Shown one piece after another: positions 52,116 to 64,000 of a stretch of 64,000 nt of DNA. The notes below the pieces were generated by a model. The model made no database searches. It saw only the letters and a list, made by a program, of their open reading frames with translations, and was not told the origin of the DNA. Numbering within the stretch: position 1 is the first letter of the stretch; every line of letters begins with the position of its first letter. A program made the translations under genes and the position numbers. This DNA is from Vicugna vicugna. Lineage: Eukaryota. Location of the stretch: NCBI GenBank assembly GCA_013265495.1, contig MU057711.1, positions 1,798,001 to 1,862,000 of the forward strand, in the 5' to 3' direction.

Positions 52116-53517
52116 TCTCTCCTTTGGGAGGGGGCACTGTCACATGAAACAATCAAGTGGGAAACCCAATGACTAATGCCAGACCCTCGCCCTCCAGAAC
52201 ACGCACGATCGAAGAAATATAACAAAATGAGTAGAAAAATCACCTTCAGAAAGGAGATTCAAGTCATTTAAAAATGACTAATCCTGAAAATAGGCCTGAT
52301 AGGAAATGGGTAGCAGGAGGCTTTTGCGGTCTACTGCAGGAAGAGAACCAAAATAAGCACAAAAGAGAGGAGGCATTTCGAAAAAAAAACTCAATTAGGG
52401 AGAAAAAAAGAACACTGGGCTTCAGACTACACCAGCGGCAGAAAGGGCCATGTGGATCCCAAGCTGACGTGGCCACACTTGGTGAATTCCGCGCGCTGAG
52501 GTGGCAGCAGTGACAACGTGGCCTCAGACGCGCCTTGTCTGGGTGGAGCAGAGGATGGCTGGGACGCTCGGCTCCATGCGCTTCCTGTCACAGAGAATCG
52601 AGGAAGTGCCTGGACAGGGGAGGGAGAGTGGCCCAGCCCAGGGGGCCGCAGGGGTGAGCCGAAAGGGGGACCGTCCTGCAGCGAGGGGCACAGGCTGAGG
52701 AGGGAGGGAGGAGTTATCACTCCATCACTGAAGTGATAACCAGAGGGAAAAATTGCTCTGAAGAGAACACGGGGAGGGTTCCCTGGGAAGGTGAAAACAG
52801 CTGATGCCCAGCAGCTCTGGGTCTCATGGACATCCCTAGGCTGGGCAGTTCCATTCAAGTGAATAAAAATGACCACCAGGCTCCAGAGGGGACAAAAGCT
52901 GAGCAGTCCCCGGAGTAAAGTTTCCATTCAAGTCCACAGGTGCTGTGTGCAGGGGACTGCTGGATACCAAGGGCTCCCGCGAGTGCACCCCACCTTGGCC
53001 CAACCCCACGGGCACCCCAGACCATGCACAGCACAGGGACTTGGAGCAGCAAGGCACCAGTGGGAGACGTGCTGGGCAGAGGAAAGAGCACTGGACAGAG
53101 AGTCCAGTAGGAGATCTGGCTCCATGTAACATGGGAAGTTAGAACTTTGGCCTCCAGGGTCCCATCTGGATGAATAGAAAAGTAATTTTGGACAATACTC
53201 CAATCATCCAGATTGTCTCCACAGTAGCCATAAAAAGGCTTGATCCTTCTTCATGAAGCCCCAAAAGGTCTCCTTGCTACTCAGCCGTTTCCTTGGGGAA
53301 GTGAAAATTGCCAAGAAGACAAGTTCCCCACAAGACAAAGCTCTGTGGTGCTCCAGGTGGAGCAACCCCTCTGCCTCCATCTGGAATTCCAGGAATGAGA
53401 ATAACTGTGGCCCTTCCTCAGGCTCAAAGAAACAGGACCCCAGACTCAGGAGCCACCTCTGCCAATCCTGCATGATACAGAGGGAGAGGCTGAGGCCGAG
53501 AGAGAGAAGAGAACTTG

Positions 53518-53640
53518 CAGGGATGGCAAACTGTTAGTGGTCGCCTACAGTGCTGTGTTCAGGAGGATTCTGAGGCCATATCTGGGCTCAGAAGAAATGA
53601 GTGCCAAATCAGTTGGTGATGTCTGCCATGAGCAGAGGAG
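53518..53640 (+). mobile_element. hAT-Charlie (Charlie4z-like) fragment
   Basis: cagggatggcaaa...gtgctgtgttcaggaggattctgaggcc...gggctcag...gatgtctgccatg. Confidence 0.6.
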
Positions 53641-54809
53641 CGTATGAGTACAATGTTCAAAGGGCACAGAGCAAATTGAAAGAGAGGGTCTCCTGATTCC
53701 CAGTGATAGAGAAGAAGACTTTAACCATCAGGTTTTCTCCAAGAAAGGATCTATGCATCCCATCTCAAAAAGGAGGCTTTAGGGCAGTGTCCCCAAAATT
53801 CTGCTGTTCAAGCAGAGACAAGAGCACTTGGCAGGTACCAGGGAGCTGGGCTGTAGTCCAGAGAGAGGTCTCCAGCCACAGAAAAGGGTCAGCTGCAACC
53901 TAGCTGATGATGAGGCCCATCCAAAGTGGGTAGAAAGCATCCCGGGCATCCTGGGAGCACAGATCAATGCTCCCCAGAGCCCAAGGCGACAAGACACTAA
54001 TGTGCTTCAGGGCACAGCACTGACTGCACTTTGCACAGAAGCAACCAGAAACAGACAGGTGGCTTTTTCCACACAAGAAAAGATGAAAATTCAGCTTGAG
54101 GGTGGGGAGCATCTGGGTGCATCTGATTTCTTCTTAGGAAATCTCAAGCCGTTACCCAAATTTGTTTCCGCTGCAACACCTGTAAACCTGGTGCAGCAGA
54201 GGGAACATAGATCTTTGGTGAGCCCTGGTTCCAGATGTCACTCTGTTGCTAGGAGATGGGGGTGCTTCTGCCTCTGTGACAGGTTGGACTGGGCAATCTC
54301 TGTGGCCCTTTCCTGGGGCTGCTTCCAATAAACTGTCATGTGAGCTTTCCTGAGAGCCCCTCACAGCTAACCCCCAGACCAGAGTCAGGGCCTGGATCCC
54401 CTGGTATGAAGGCCCAGTAGGAGACAGAGGCCACCAGGCCAGAGTGCCCGCCTGCATGGGGCATCCTCATTCTCTCAGCGTCTACCAGGGGCTCAGCCCC
54501 CAGAGGCAGAATCCAGACTCAACCTAGGCCCAGGGAGAGGCCCACCAACAAGAAGGGGACAAGAGTACCTGTCCTGTTCTTTACCTCTTACCAGGTGCCA
54601 AAGCTGGCCATCCATCCCAGAATACTCCTCCACTCAAGGACATCCACTTATGTAAAGTCAACATTAGTGCGGGGGATGGGGGGCAGGGGGGTCAGCAAGA
54701 GGAAGTTCACAGACCATCACTCATCCTATTTCATAGATGAGGAAACTGAGGCCACACAGCAGGAGCACACAGGCCCAGGACTAAGCTCATAAAAACCAAG
54801 TAATTACTG

Positions 54810-55025
54810 TTTATAGAACATGTTCTATAAGCCAGATCCTTTGCCAGCATTTTCTCATCTGATTCTCACATCATTATGAAGTAGGTGCTGTTACACCTCC
54901 CTTCTTTAAAACTGTACAAACTGAGGCTCCAAGAAGGAAAGCAACTTCCTGGGCACACAGAGCTAGCAAGTGGCAAGCGCCACTACCCGGACCCCCACTT
55001 GCTAACCACTGGACAATACTGCCTT
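54810..55025 (-). mobile_element. MIR SINE
   Basis: tcatctgattctcaca...atgaagtaggtgctgtta...aaactgaggct...cacacagagctagcaagtggc. Confidence 0.6.
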
Positions 55026-56139
55026 TCTGGGCCCTGAGTGCCAGTTCAGGGCCTGCCCCACTGCAGAAGCTACTCATTGCCAACATGTACAACTTAAAGA
55101 GAGCCAAGAGGAGGCCCCACACCTTACAACCCCACCTGCCACAAAGCCATGTCCCAAAGTGGGCAGAGTTTGTGGTGGATTACCAGAGGCTGGCTCTGAC
55201 CTCTGAGGGGTGCAGAAGGTATCTGGCATCCTTAGGTTTCTATGCTCTTATCTTCCCAATCCTGTCAGTTAGTTGCTGTCTGAAGTTTCAACCCTAAACC
55301 ATCGCTTTGCCACTTTGAAGCACTTTGAAAGAGGTGGGGAAACAGTTCATGTAAGCAGTAGTCAGTCATGCATGTAGATATTTGGTTTTCCTGAAGGTAG
55401 AGACGAGGGTGTGGTGTAAAGGATAGACGTCCAACCCCTGAGAAATCGAGAGACCCTGGGAAGGAGGAGGATGAGGCAGCTGGAGGGTCCTTCCTCAGAG
55501 GGAGGCCAAGGCGTCCCAGCTACCAGAAGCCGATGTGGCTCCACCTGAAATCTTGAGTTAGAATTATGATTTTGGCAAAAAAAAAATAATAATAAAAATA
55601 GCAATTCCTATTGCCACAGGTATTCACCCTTCCCTGCTCCAGGGAGCTCACAGTGTCTTGGCAGAGTTGATTTCATCATCCCCAGCGAGGCCACAGACAG
55701 GGAAAGCGGGGATCATTCTTTCAGTTTGGAAATAAAAAATAAGCAGGTTGGGGAGGGGTGGTTGGTTCGGGGGGCAGTGGACAGTGTGTGGGTGGAGGCT
55801 GGCATGCAGAGGTCAGTGGCCCAAAATTGGGAGGAGGGAGAAGGCATTTTGCCCTTCGGGGCCGCTTCTCCAGCTGGCCGTGGTGGGTGAAGGGTGGGGT
55901 CCTAGTTTCTGACCCGCCTCTAAGGGACACTTGGCACAGCCTCTGAGCGCCCGCAGACCTCCCGACAGACTGAAAGCCATGGCTGGCGTGCCCTTTTCTA
56001 GCTGTCTCCAGGGGCTCCTGAAATGCCACCTGACAGCAAATAACTGCCATTAAGACCCTTAATAACCTTCTGGGGAGCCAAAACCATCGGCATCACCTTG
56101 AAGAGACTTGGGGAGACATCAGCCCCTGGGAGACAGCAG

Positions 56140-56325
56140 AGCCATGGTTTGAGAGTACAGGCTCGCTTAGACCAAGCTGCCACTCATTAGCTGTGTGACC
56201 GTGGACAAGTCACAGCACCTCTCTGAGCCTCCATTTCCTCATCCATAGGATGGGGATAATAAGAGTGTCTTCCTTACAAAATGAGTAATGTATATATGCT
56301 GCTAAATACTCACTAAATATTGGCT
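56140..56325 (+). mobile_element. MIR SINE
   Basis: ctgccactcattagctgtgtgaccgtggacaagtcac...cctctctgagcctccatttcctcatc. Confidence 0.75.
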
Positions 56326-59300
56326 ACAGAAAATGAAGGTGGTTACTAGTGTAACTTATATAATTATCATTAATTGTAAGCCCCATCATCTCTATGGCGT
56401 TTATAATTTTACACAGCATTTTCACACCCATTATCCCTTTGACACTGGAGCGACTCTGCATGGTTGAGGTGGTGGTGGAGGTTGTTAATCCCATGTTACA
56501 AGTAAGCAGGGTGCCACACACCCAGGTATACTGGGGTGGAGCCCAGCGTCCCACCCAGCTGGTATCCCTCTTTCACACTCAAAGGAGCTGGGTTTACACA
56601 GTAAGTTGGGTGGTCAACCCCATGGATGAGAAAACAGAACAGGAGTTACAGCACATCCCGATGTCACAAAGCAGATGGTAAATGGAAAAGCTGATTGGAC
56701 TCCCAGCCCAGGGCTGTCAGCCAGCTGGACTAAGAGAAATGAGCACCTGAGCTGGGGGACACAGATCACCACGGCTGTCCCCCCATTAGACGGGCTGGAG
56801 ACCACTCAGTTATCAGTTATTTGGTAAAAATGCCAACAGTTAGAAATCAGGGACTCTCAAAGTGTTTTCAAACATCCGCATTCACTTCTGGGTGCTCTGG
56901 AAGGAGAAGGCAAAGACCTGGAGACACAGGATGCACGTCTGGCGCATGAGCAACTGAGCAGCGCTGTGGCTCCCCGTTAGGACCAGGTGTGCTCACTCTC
57001 CTGTTTGTCCAGACCTGCAGGGTCTCCTTCCCCATCATGAGCAAAGGCACTTGTGTTTGCTTGGTGGCTGAGTCCAGCAGCTGGACTCTGCCGGAGCCTT
57101 AGAATCCCAGCTCCATCGAGTGAATGAACCTCCTCAATATTACAGAAGAAACCAGCCTCGGTTTCTTCACCTGTAAAATAGGAATAGTCATAGTCCTGAT
57201 TATAGAGTTGCTATGCAGATGAAATAAGTGAGTAACATGCTGAATATGAGGAATGCTTTATAAAAATGCTGCTGGCTCCCAGTTCAACATAAGGTCATAC
57301 GGTAGAGAGAGAGAAGGATAAAGAGAGAGAGAGGCAGGCAACAGCCAAGATGGTTTGAGTGGACACAGGACGGTGAGGGGTCCCATCTTCCTGATGAACA
57401 ACCAGGAAGGTCTAGCTTAAGAACCAGCAGTTACCCCTACAAAACATGCTTTTCAAAGCAAAAGACACTCAACCTGCATAAAGGCCCATAGGGCCCTTGC
57501 CGTTTGCAATCCCAGTTACATCCGAGAGGAAAGAAGCCTTCAAGAGCACCCAGCCCAACCCTCTCACTACATAGAGGGAGAAACTAAGGCACCCGCAGCC
57601 TTGCTAGGGCTTGGACCTGGGTCTCCAGGCTCACGGTAGAGGGGATGGGGGATGAGGTCTGACGCCTAGAACACCCCTGCCCCCTCATCCACAAGGGCTG
57701 CCGTCCCTATGGTCTGCTGGACGCACAGGACAGGAAGAAGGAGACATCCGCCTTTCCCCTTGAAGCCTCTGACCTCACAGAACACACAGCCTGCCCGGCT
57801 GCTCCATCCCTTAGACAAATTTACTTAGCACTGATATTGAAAATGCAATTGAGCTTGAGTTTTATTGCAGAAATTAAGCAGGCCAGAGGAAAAAAAATTA
57901 AGCCAGCACTCGTCAACTCACCGAGAGCTGGCTGTGATCAAACCAGCTAAAGTAGGGTGTCGTGATCAGCTCCTGCCAGAAAAGAAGGGCCCCCAACATT
58001 CCCCCATGAGGCACTCCCCAAAGATGGAGCGCTTGTAGCAAGCAGAGGGGCTCTGGAAGGCTTTCCCATCAGCCCCCTGGCCTGGGACCCCTGCACACCC
58101 GAACCTCACCCCACCGGCCTCCCACCATCCCCAGGTGCGGAAAAAGCACCTCTGAAGTTATCTCCGTGAGCTTTCACAAGACAACACCGCCAAGGGCCGG
58201 AGCAAAGGGCTCTCTGAGCGACTCAAGAGAAAGCAAAATGCTTTCGGGGTTGAATCACTGTTTTTCTTTACTCCCTTTGGAGATCGGCGGAGCCCACATT
58301 CGGCCGTGTTCGTGGACCTGGGACTGGAAACAGCTGCACTCTAATTACATGTAAAGTGTACCAAAACATCCCTTTTATCACAGACTGGAAATCTGTTAGC
58401 ATCTGTCTCTCCTTTGTTTCTTCCACAAGATACAAGCTTGTTTCTACATTTTTCTCACCTGTAGCGGTGATTAAAATTCATTATAAATGAAAGGAGTGAA
58501 CAGAGAAACAAGTTCCTCTGTGTACCGTTCTAAACTCAAATTAGAAACAGCTGTTTGCTAATTCATGCAGCGATGTTTTGTCGTGCTCTGTGAATCAATA
58601 ATAACTCACCCTATTGCTGCAGAAATTGTTGGATAATTCATAGATTTAACTCGGCGTTGGATTCGCCAGGCAGGATTGTGGCGCCAGAACCTTCCAGCCG
58701 CCTTCCGGCGGGCACGAGGGAACTCTGGGTCACACTCTGGAGATGTCCACCGCTGCCCCAGCAGAGAAGCCCAAACTCGGAGGCACCCAGCACCTCTCAC
58801 CCAGACACGGCCCTGGCAGGACCAGAAGGAAACCCCCAAACACCAGTCTCCTTGTCTCCTCCCCTCCCCCGGAACCAGCCAAAAAAAAAAATTAACTCTG
58901 ATTAAACGCAAACCACACACATCCTCCAGCTGCCGGAGGGAACAGCAACATTAAAAGTCTAATTGGTACCAGGAACAATTTAACACTATTAAGTATAGGT
59001 GAAGCTTTTCCGTAAGAAAATAATCCTTTGATTAGGATTAAACTTACTTGGATAGCATTCTTCCCTACGTTTTAGCTGCAGATGTCAGAGCTACAGTCTG
59101 GAAGTCCTCGAAGCTTCTGAGAAGTGTTCAGGCATCTCCTCTGCCAACTTCAGGGGAAAGAGTATGTGGCTTCTGCAGCTGTACCCTTATCTGAGGCTCT
59201 GAAAGGGAGAGAATGTTCTTTCTCCTTTGTGGGGAGGGACGTAGCAACACCTTTGGAGACCATACTGCCACCATGGCACGCCAAGCCTGCTCAGTAGGTG

Positions 59301-60529
59301 CTCGTGCTTCAAGACACTGCCTCCAAGAAGCCTTCCCTGAATGCCTCTGCCACCATTGGTGTCCTCCCTGACTTTAGGGCACTGGCATTGGGCCACTTTT
59401 CACCCTGAATTGTGGCACTTGGCATCATTGTCTAATTTGAGTCCTTGGGGTGCCCCTTTGTGCCCTGCATCCTTTCAGGTCTGGGATATAGTCACACTGA
59501 GCCATTTTTTCAACCTCAAACTGGTATCACTTCCCACTGCCCACAGCCCAGCCCCACCCTGCAGCCACCAGCTGCAGAGCCCTCTGTGAGTGGCAGGCAC
59601 GGAGCCCACCTCCTCAAAAGCTTTACCACATTAAATCCCCACGTCTGTCCTACGTGATTGTCCATCATCATTTTCCCATTTTACAGATCAGACACCTGGG
59701 ACCCAGAAAGGGCAGCTGCCCCAAGTTTCACAGCAGTTACTGGAAGGAAACTGGAATGAGCCACTATTTCTCTGGAAAGCCATCAAAGCTGTTACCAGCA
59801 AGCATGCCTGACCCGGTGCAGCCTCCGAGCCTTTGTTCAGGCCAAAGTGCTCACCACGGATGCCCTTCCAACAGCCACCCAAACCCAGTCTGTTACTCAG
59901 CGCCCCGCTCTGCTCACCTCCTGGAGCATCCATGGGGGCAGGGCGCGTAGGGGGGTCTCCTGTGTGGCTAAGAGACAGGCCCTCATTTCATGGTGTTCAT
60001 CGGGGCCCAAGAAGGCAGTAGTCCAATGCATCCTCGGGGTCTGCGGAGTACAGGCACGGACACACAGCTCCTGCTCATCTGTAGGGCTCTAGGGAGCTTT
60101 CCCCTGGGAAGGCCCGTGAGTGCCGGATGGCTCACTCCTGGGCAGGATCAGGGATGTGTGGGCAAGGAGGAGGTGCCACGCGGGGAGGCAGGGGGCACTC
60201 AAACTGGGCTCTGAGGAAGGAGGAGGCACTCCACTGATCGGCGTACCCTCAAACATGGGATATGCACCACTGTTAGAGCCCGTGAGGATTTTAGGGGACA
60301 GCCAAGTTGGCCTTAGCACTGATACACAAAGTGAGAAAGTGAGTGCCCCTTCAATTCCCTTTTCAACCTTCACATCAGGCCGAGGAGAAGGGCTCCATTG
60401 GGTGCTGTGTCTTTAATTTCTCTCTTTCACATCCCAACAAAGAGAGAACAGACCCCAAGGCTCAGTGTTTTCAGACTGCCACAGCTTCTGGCTGGAACTA
60501 CTTGAACGTGGGGTTTTCTTTGGGTCTGT

Positions 60530-60725
60530 TTTTAATTTACTTTTAACGTTACTGCCTACTTACAGCAAATGATACTGTTTTTCCACTTGCAGAATTAAGT
60601 AAATGAATTAAAGTACAAAAAAGATGATTTAAAGAAAAAGACTAGGGCAATCATAGCACCAGTGACCATCGAATGTTGCAAAAATCCTGGCAGGTGGGTA
60701 CCAAGGACCAAAGTCTGGGACACCC
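60530..60725 (-). mobile_element. Old hAT-Charlie-like DNA transposon fragment (family uncertain)
   Basis: gcaaatgatactgtttttcca...gatttaaagaaaa...gcaaaaatc...ggtgggtacc...aagtctgggacac. Confidence 0.45.
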
Positions 60726-61564
60726 CGTGTGGGAGTGAGCATGGACATCGGAGGCTCAGGAACAGCAGGCCAAAGTCTCCATCGTATGGCCACTCCAGAG
60801 CTTTGCCCCTGAAATTAATTTCCAGCCCAGCTCCTCCAGGGAGCAGGCACGAGAGAAGGTGCCAGGTATAGGCCTGGGAGCTGCGGCAGGGGACCCCTGT
60901 CCTAAGAACCTACTGCCCCACCAGGTCCCGCTCAGCAGCCCGCCACCCCTGGGGCCTTGCCCCTCAGTCCCCAGAGACCTGGGCTCAGCTCTGAGATCAC
61001 AGCAATCAGGGCAGGCGCCAGGGGGAGGTCAGGGGCAGGGCATCCGGGCGGGGCCTGAGCCAGGTTCAGAAGGTCTCTGGGCTCCCAGAGGGAGGCCCGG
61101 GGAGAATCCGCGCTCATCCCCTCCGAGTCTGGCTGGCCGCAGGCAGAACGCAGCAAAACCCCCAGGACTGGCCCTGGGTCTGTCCCAGAGGGCTGGACCA
61201 GCACTGAACCAGCACCTTGGTTCTGGGGCTGGTTGCAACCCTGGGCAGCTATGTGACCTTAGGAAAACCCTTGGCCTCCAGGCTCTCCTAACCTCATCTG
61301 CAGAATGCAGCCTGTATCCTGACTTTCTTAATGGCAGTGTAGACAGAAGAAGTCCTCAGTGAGGATAAAGAATGTGAATAAATGACCAGATTCATATAAT
61401 TTTCACAAAACCCAGTACCAGAGACAACCACAGGGTGCCTCTAACCTAGAACTGGAAGCCTCTAATCTACAGCTTAAAGACATGGAAAAATGATTAATAT
61501 GTATGTTCTATTTCATACTATATATATACACGTATGTTATATGTTTTAACACATGGATAATAAA

Positions 61565-61790
61565 TGACATTTATTATGTGCTAAACATTTGAGTGCTTGC
61601 TCCATGCCACGCACATTATCTCACTTCAGTCACAACAGTCTGACGAGTTATTACTGCCAGCCTCCATTTTGCAGATGAGTAAACTGAGGCTTGCAAAGGC
61701 TAAGTAACATGTTCAGGGTCTTATCAGTCAGAAATGGCTAAGCTGGGCTTTGACTGGGACACCTGACCTCAGAGTCTGTGCTCTGAACCC
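61565..61790 (-). mobile_element. MIR SINE
   Basis: ccattttgcagatgagtaaactgaggct...aagtaacatgttcagggtc...tgacctcagagtctgtgctctgaacc. Confidence 0.7.
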
Positions 61791-64000
61791 TGTGGGATGC
61801 GTGTGTGGGAATCACATCTGAGGGAAAGAAACTGAGTGGGTGACGCCCACTGAGGAGGAAGAACATTCCCTGTGCAGAGCCAGCTTCACCTAGAGCCCAG
61901 GCTGGAGGCCCAGCCGAGAATCCTGGGAGGATGTTAGGGTAGTATCCACATCTACAGCCCAGACACCACTTGGGGGGCACGCTCCTCAGGCCAGACTTCC
62001 ATGGACAAGTCAGGCGTGCTGTCTGACCTCGAAGCACAGATCCTCTGCTTTTCAGCTCAAATCCATCCCATCTCAAGGGTACCCTCTCCAGCATCTGGAG
62101 AACTCAGGAGCCTCCCACAACCTGGGGGACTGAGGCACTCCCCCAAAATACTCGCTCTCTCTGCACCAATGATGTGCCAAGTGCCCACTGGGCAACTGTG
62201 CAAGACAGTCACAAGCCTGGTCCCATTTTACAGAAGACACTGAGGGATGGAGAGGGGCCGGCTGCAGCAGGAGCTTTCGGGGAGCACATCACAGCCCTGC
62301 AGGGTCAGCGGCTGCAGCGGTGGTGGGTCTAAGGCCCCCCACTCCGGAGCTCTCACCTTCAGGGCTCTGCCTCTTTTCAGAAGGTGGGGGAGCTAACGCC
62401 CCCCGAGGTGGCCTTCAACCAAAGGGGGACTGGAGCCTGTTGGGGGTCCCGCACACACATGAAGGTCCGAGCAGAATCCAGCCAGGGGGTCCGCAGCAGT
62501 AGTGACCTTTCCCTTTCCCTGCCTCACTCTTCCTGCCCCTCACACCTGCTTCCTGGAGCTCCTACTTCCCGATCACAGAAGCTGAACCCAAGTCCTGGCC
62601 TCAGGCTCCATGTTCAGGAAACCTATCCACCACACTTACCTAAGGTGGTGGCGCTAGATTAGGGAGCCGAGTCTATCCAAGGATCTGTCGTGCTCGGGCC
62701 ACCTTCCAGACTTGTACCCTATTTATTCTCATTTACTTTTATTACTATCATTCAACTTTGTCCTTTCACCTGGCTCAGGCTTAACAGTGCTACCTACCTG
62801 AGCATAATCCCCAATAATTACCTTGATGAAATCATGAGTATGATATTTTGGTGATTCCCATTAAAATAAATACATAATTACTAAAAAAAAAATGTGTGAG
62901 CCACCTAAAATTGGGCTGCATATACCTAAAAGTGGCTCTGTTCCCCCCTCCCTGGAGTCCCTGTTCTGACCCACACTTTGCACAGAACTCCGGGGCTCTC
63001 GGTGTGTGCCTCCCTCCCCTGCAGCTGTGAGAGGGCTGGAGGTGGCGTTGCCTGCCCAGCACAGCGCCCGGCCCGCCTCCGGCTCGGCAGAGGCAGGCAG
63101 GGGAGAAGAGGTGGCCTGGCCCGCAGGGAGGAGAGAGCCCTAGGATTCTCACTGATGTGCTGGTGCCAACGATGCAGCCCCTCTGCGGGGCCCCACGCAC
63201 CCTTTACACTCATTCAAATCTACAACTCAGCAGAGAAAATTTCAATTTTCCCTAGATTTTCATGTTTCTGCCTCCAGAAAAATTGCCATTGTGGGCTTTG
63301 TTGCTAAGCTGCCGAGTTGTCGACCCTCAATGACTGAGGCCTCCCCAGGCCCAGCCTCGGCGGTGGTGGGAGGAGATTAAGCTTGTCAGGCCCAGGGAAG
63401 GCGCAGGGGCAGAGGCGGGGAGGTGGCCACCTGGCCCAGGACCACAGCGAGAAGGAGAACCTGGTGTGGCTGGGGTGGCATGCCAGGTACCCCCCCCCAA
63501 ACGAGGCAGCTGTGGCCAGGAGCACTCCCTCAACTCCATTTCCAAGTGTGGGGCAGGGCAGGTGAAGTCCTGAACATCACCACTGGGCCATGTGGCCCCC
63601 TGGTCCCTCCTTGGCATCCCTGACCCTTCCCTCGGCGCCCCTACACCACCCCTGCCCCCTCCCACCTCTGCTGTTTCAACCTGAATGACCACGACGTCCT
63701 TACACGGTGGTCAGGCCCTCATCTCACCCTACACTGTGCCTACTGTCATAAATAGACTTGAAATATCTCATCATAAACTATACTCACCGACCACTTACTC
63801 TATGCCAGGCTCATCTTTATTTATGTTGTTTCTTTACTTATATTATTGGTCATAAATGTTCTGCGTATATTAATGCATTTAACCCACTCATAATTCTTTC
63901 ACTAGATACACGTTACATTTGAGGAACCGAGGTTCAGAGGCCGAAATAGACTTTTGGGAGTGCCCAGCCACCACCTGTTGCGCATGTGGGGATACTGAGG

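Overview
Mammalian (eukaryotic) genomic DNA, most likely from a camelid, judging by a vic-1-type tRNA-derived SINE and a young cetartiodactyl-type L1 3' end. The whole window lies inside the ZNF423 (OAZ/Zfp423) gene on the minus strand. Two coding exons are present. The 3,215-bp exon (47789-44575) encodes 25 C2H2 fingers plus one atypical C4-like motif, and the next 85-bp exon (37952-37868) encodes one finger. Both have canonical AG/GT sites and consistent phases. The rest is intronic: old L1, L2, MIR, MaLR and DNA-transposon fragments, microsatellites, and several AT-rich, motif-dense blocks that look like conserved enhancers. The most notable observations are: (i) a 35-bp exact local copy of an L1 fragment fused to a 12-bp snap-back inverted repeat, resembling a templated-insertion repair scar; (ii) two RFX X-boxes in the short intron of this ciliopathy gene; (iii) perfect 5' splice sites embedded in UG-rich tracts, candidate TDP-43-type cryptic or recursive sites; (iv) a MER53 copy with a miR-1302-like arm on the host sense strand; (v) an old ~0.5-kb local duplication. 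I see no prokaryotic-type system, CRISPR array or second protein-coding gene. Repeat family names come from recalled consensus sequences, not a database search, and repeat boundaries are approximate.
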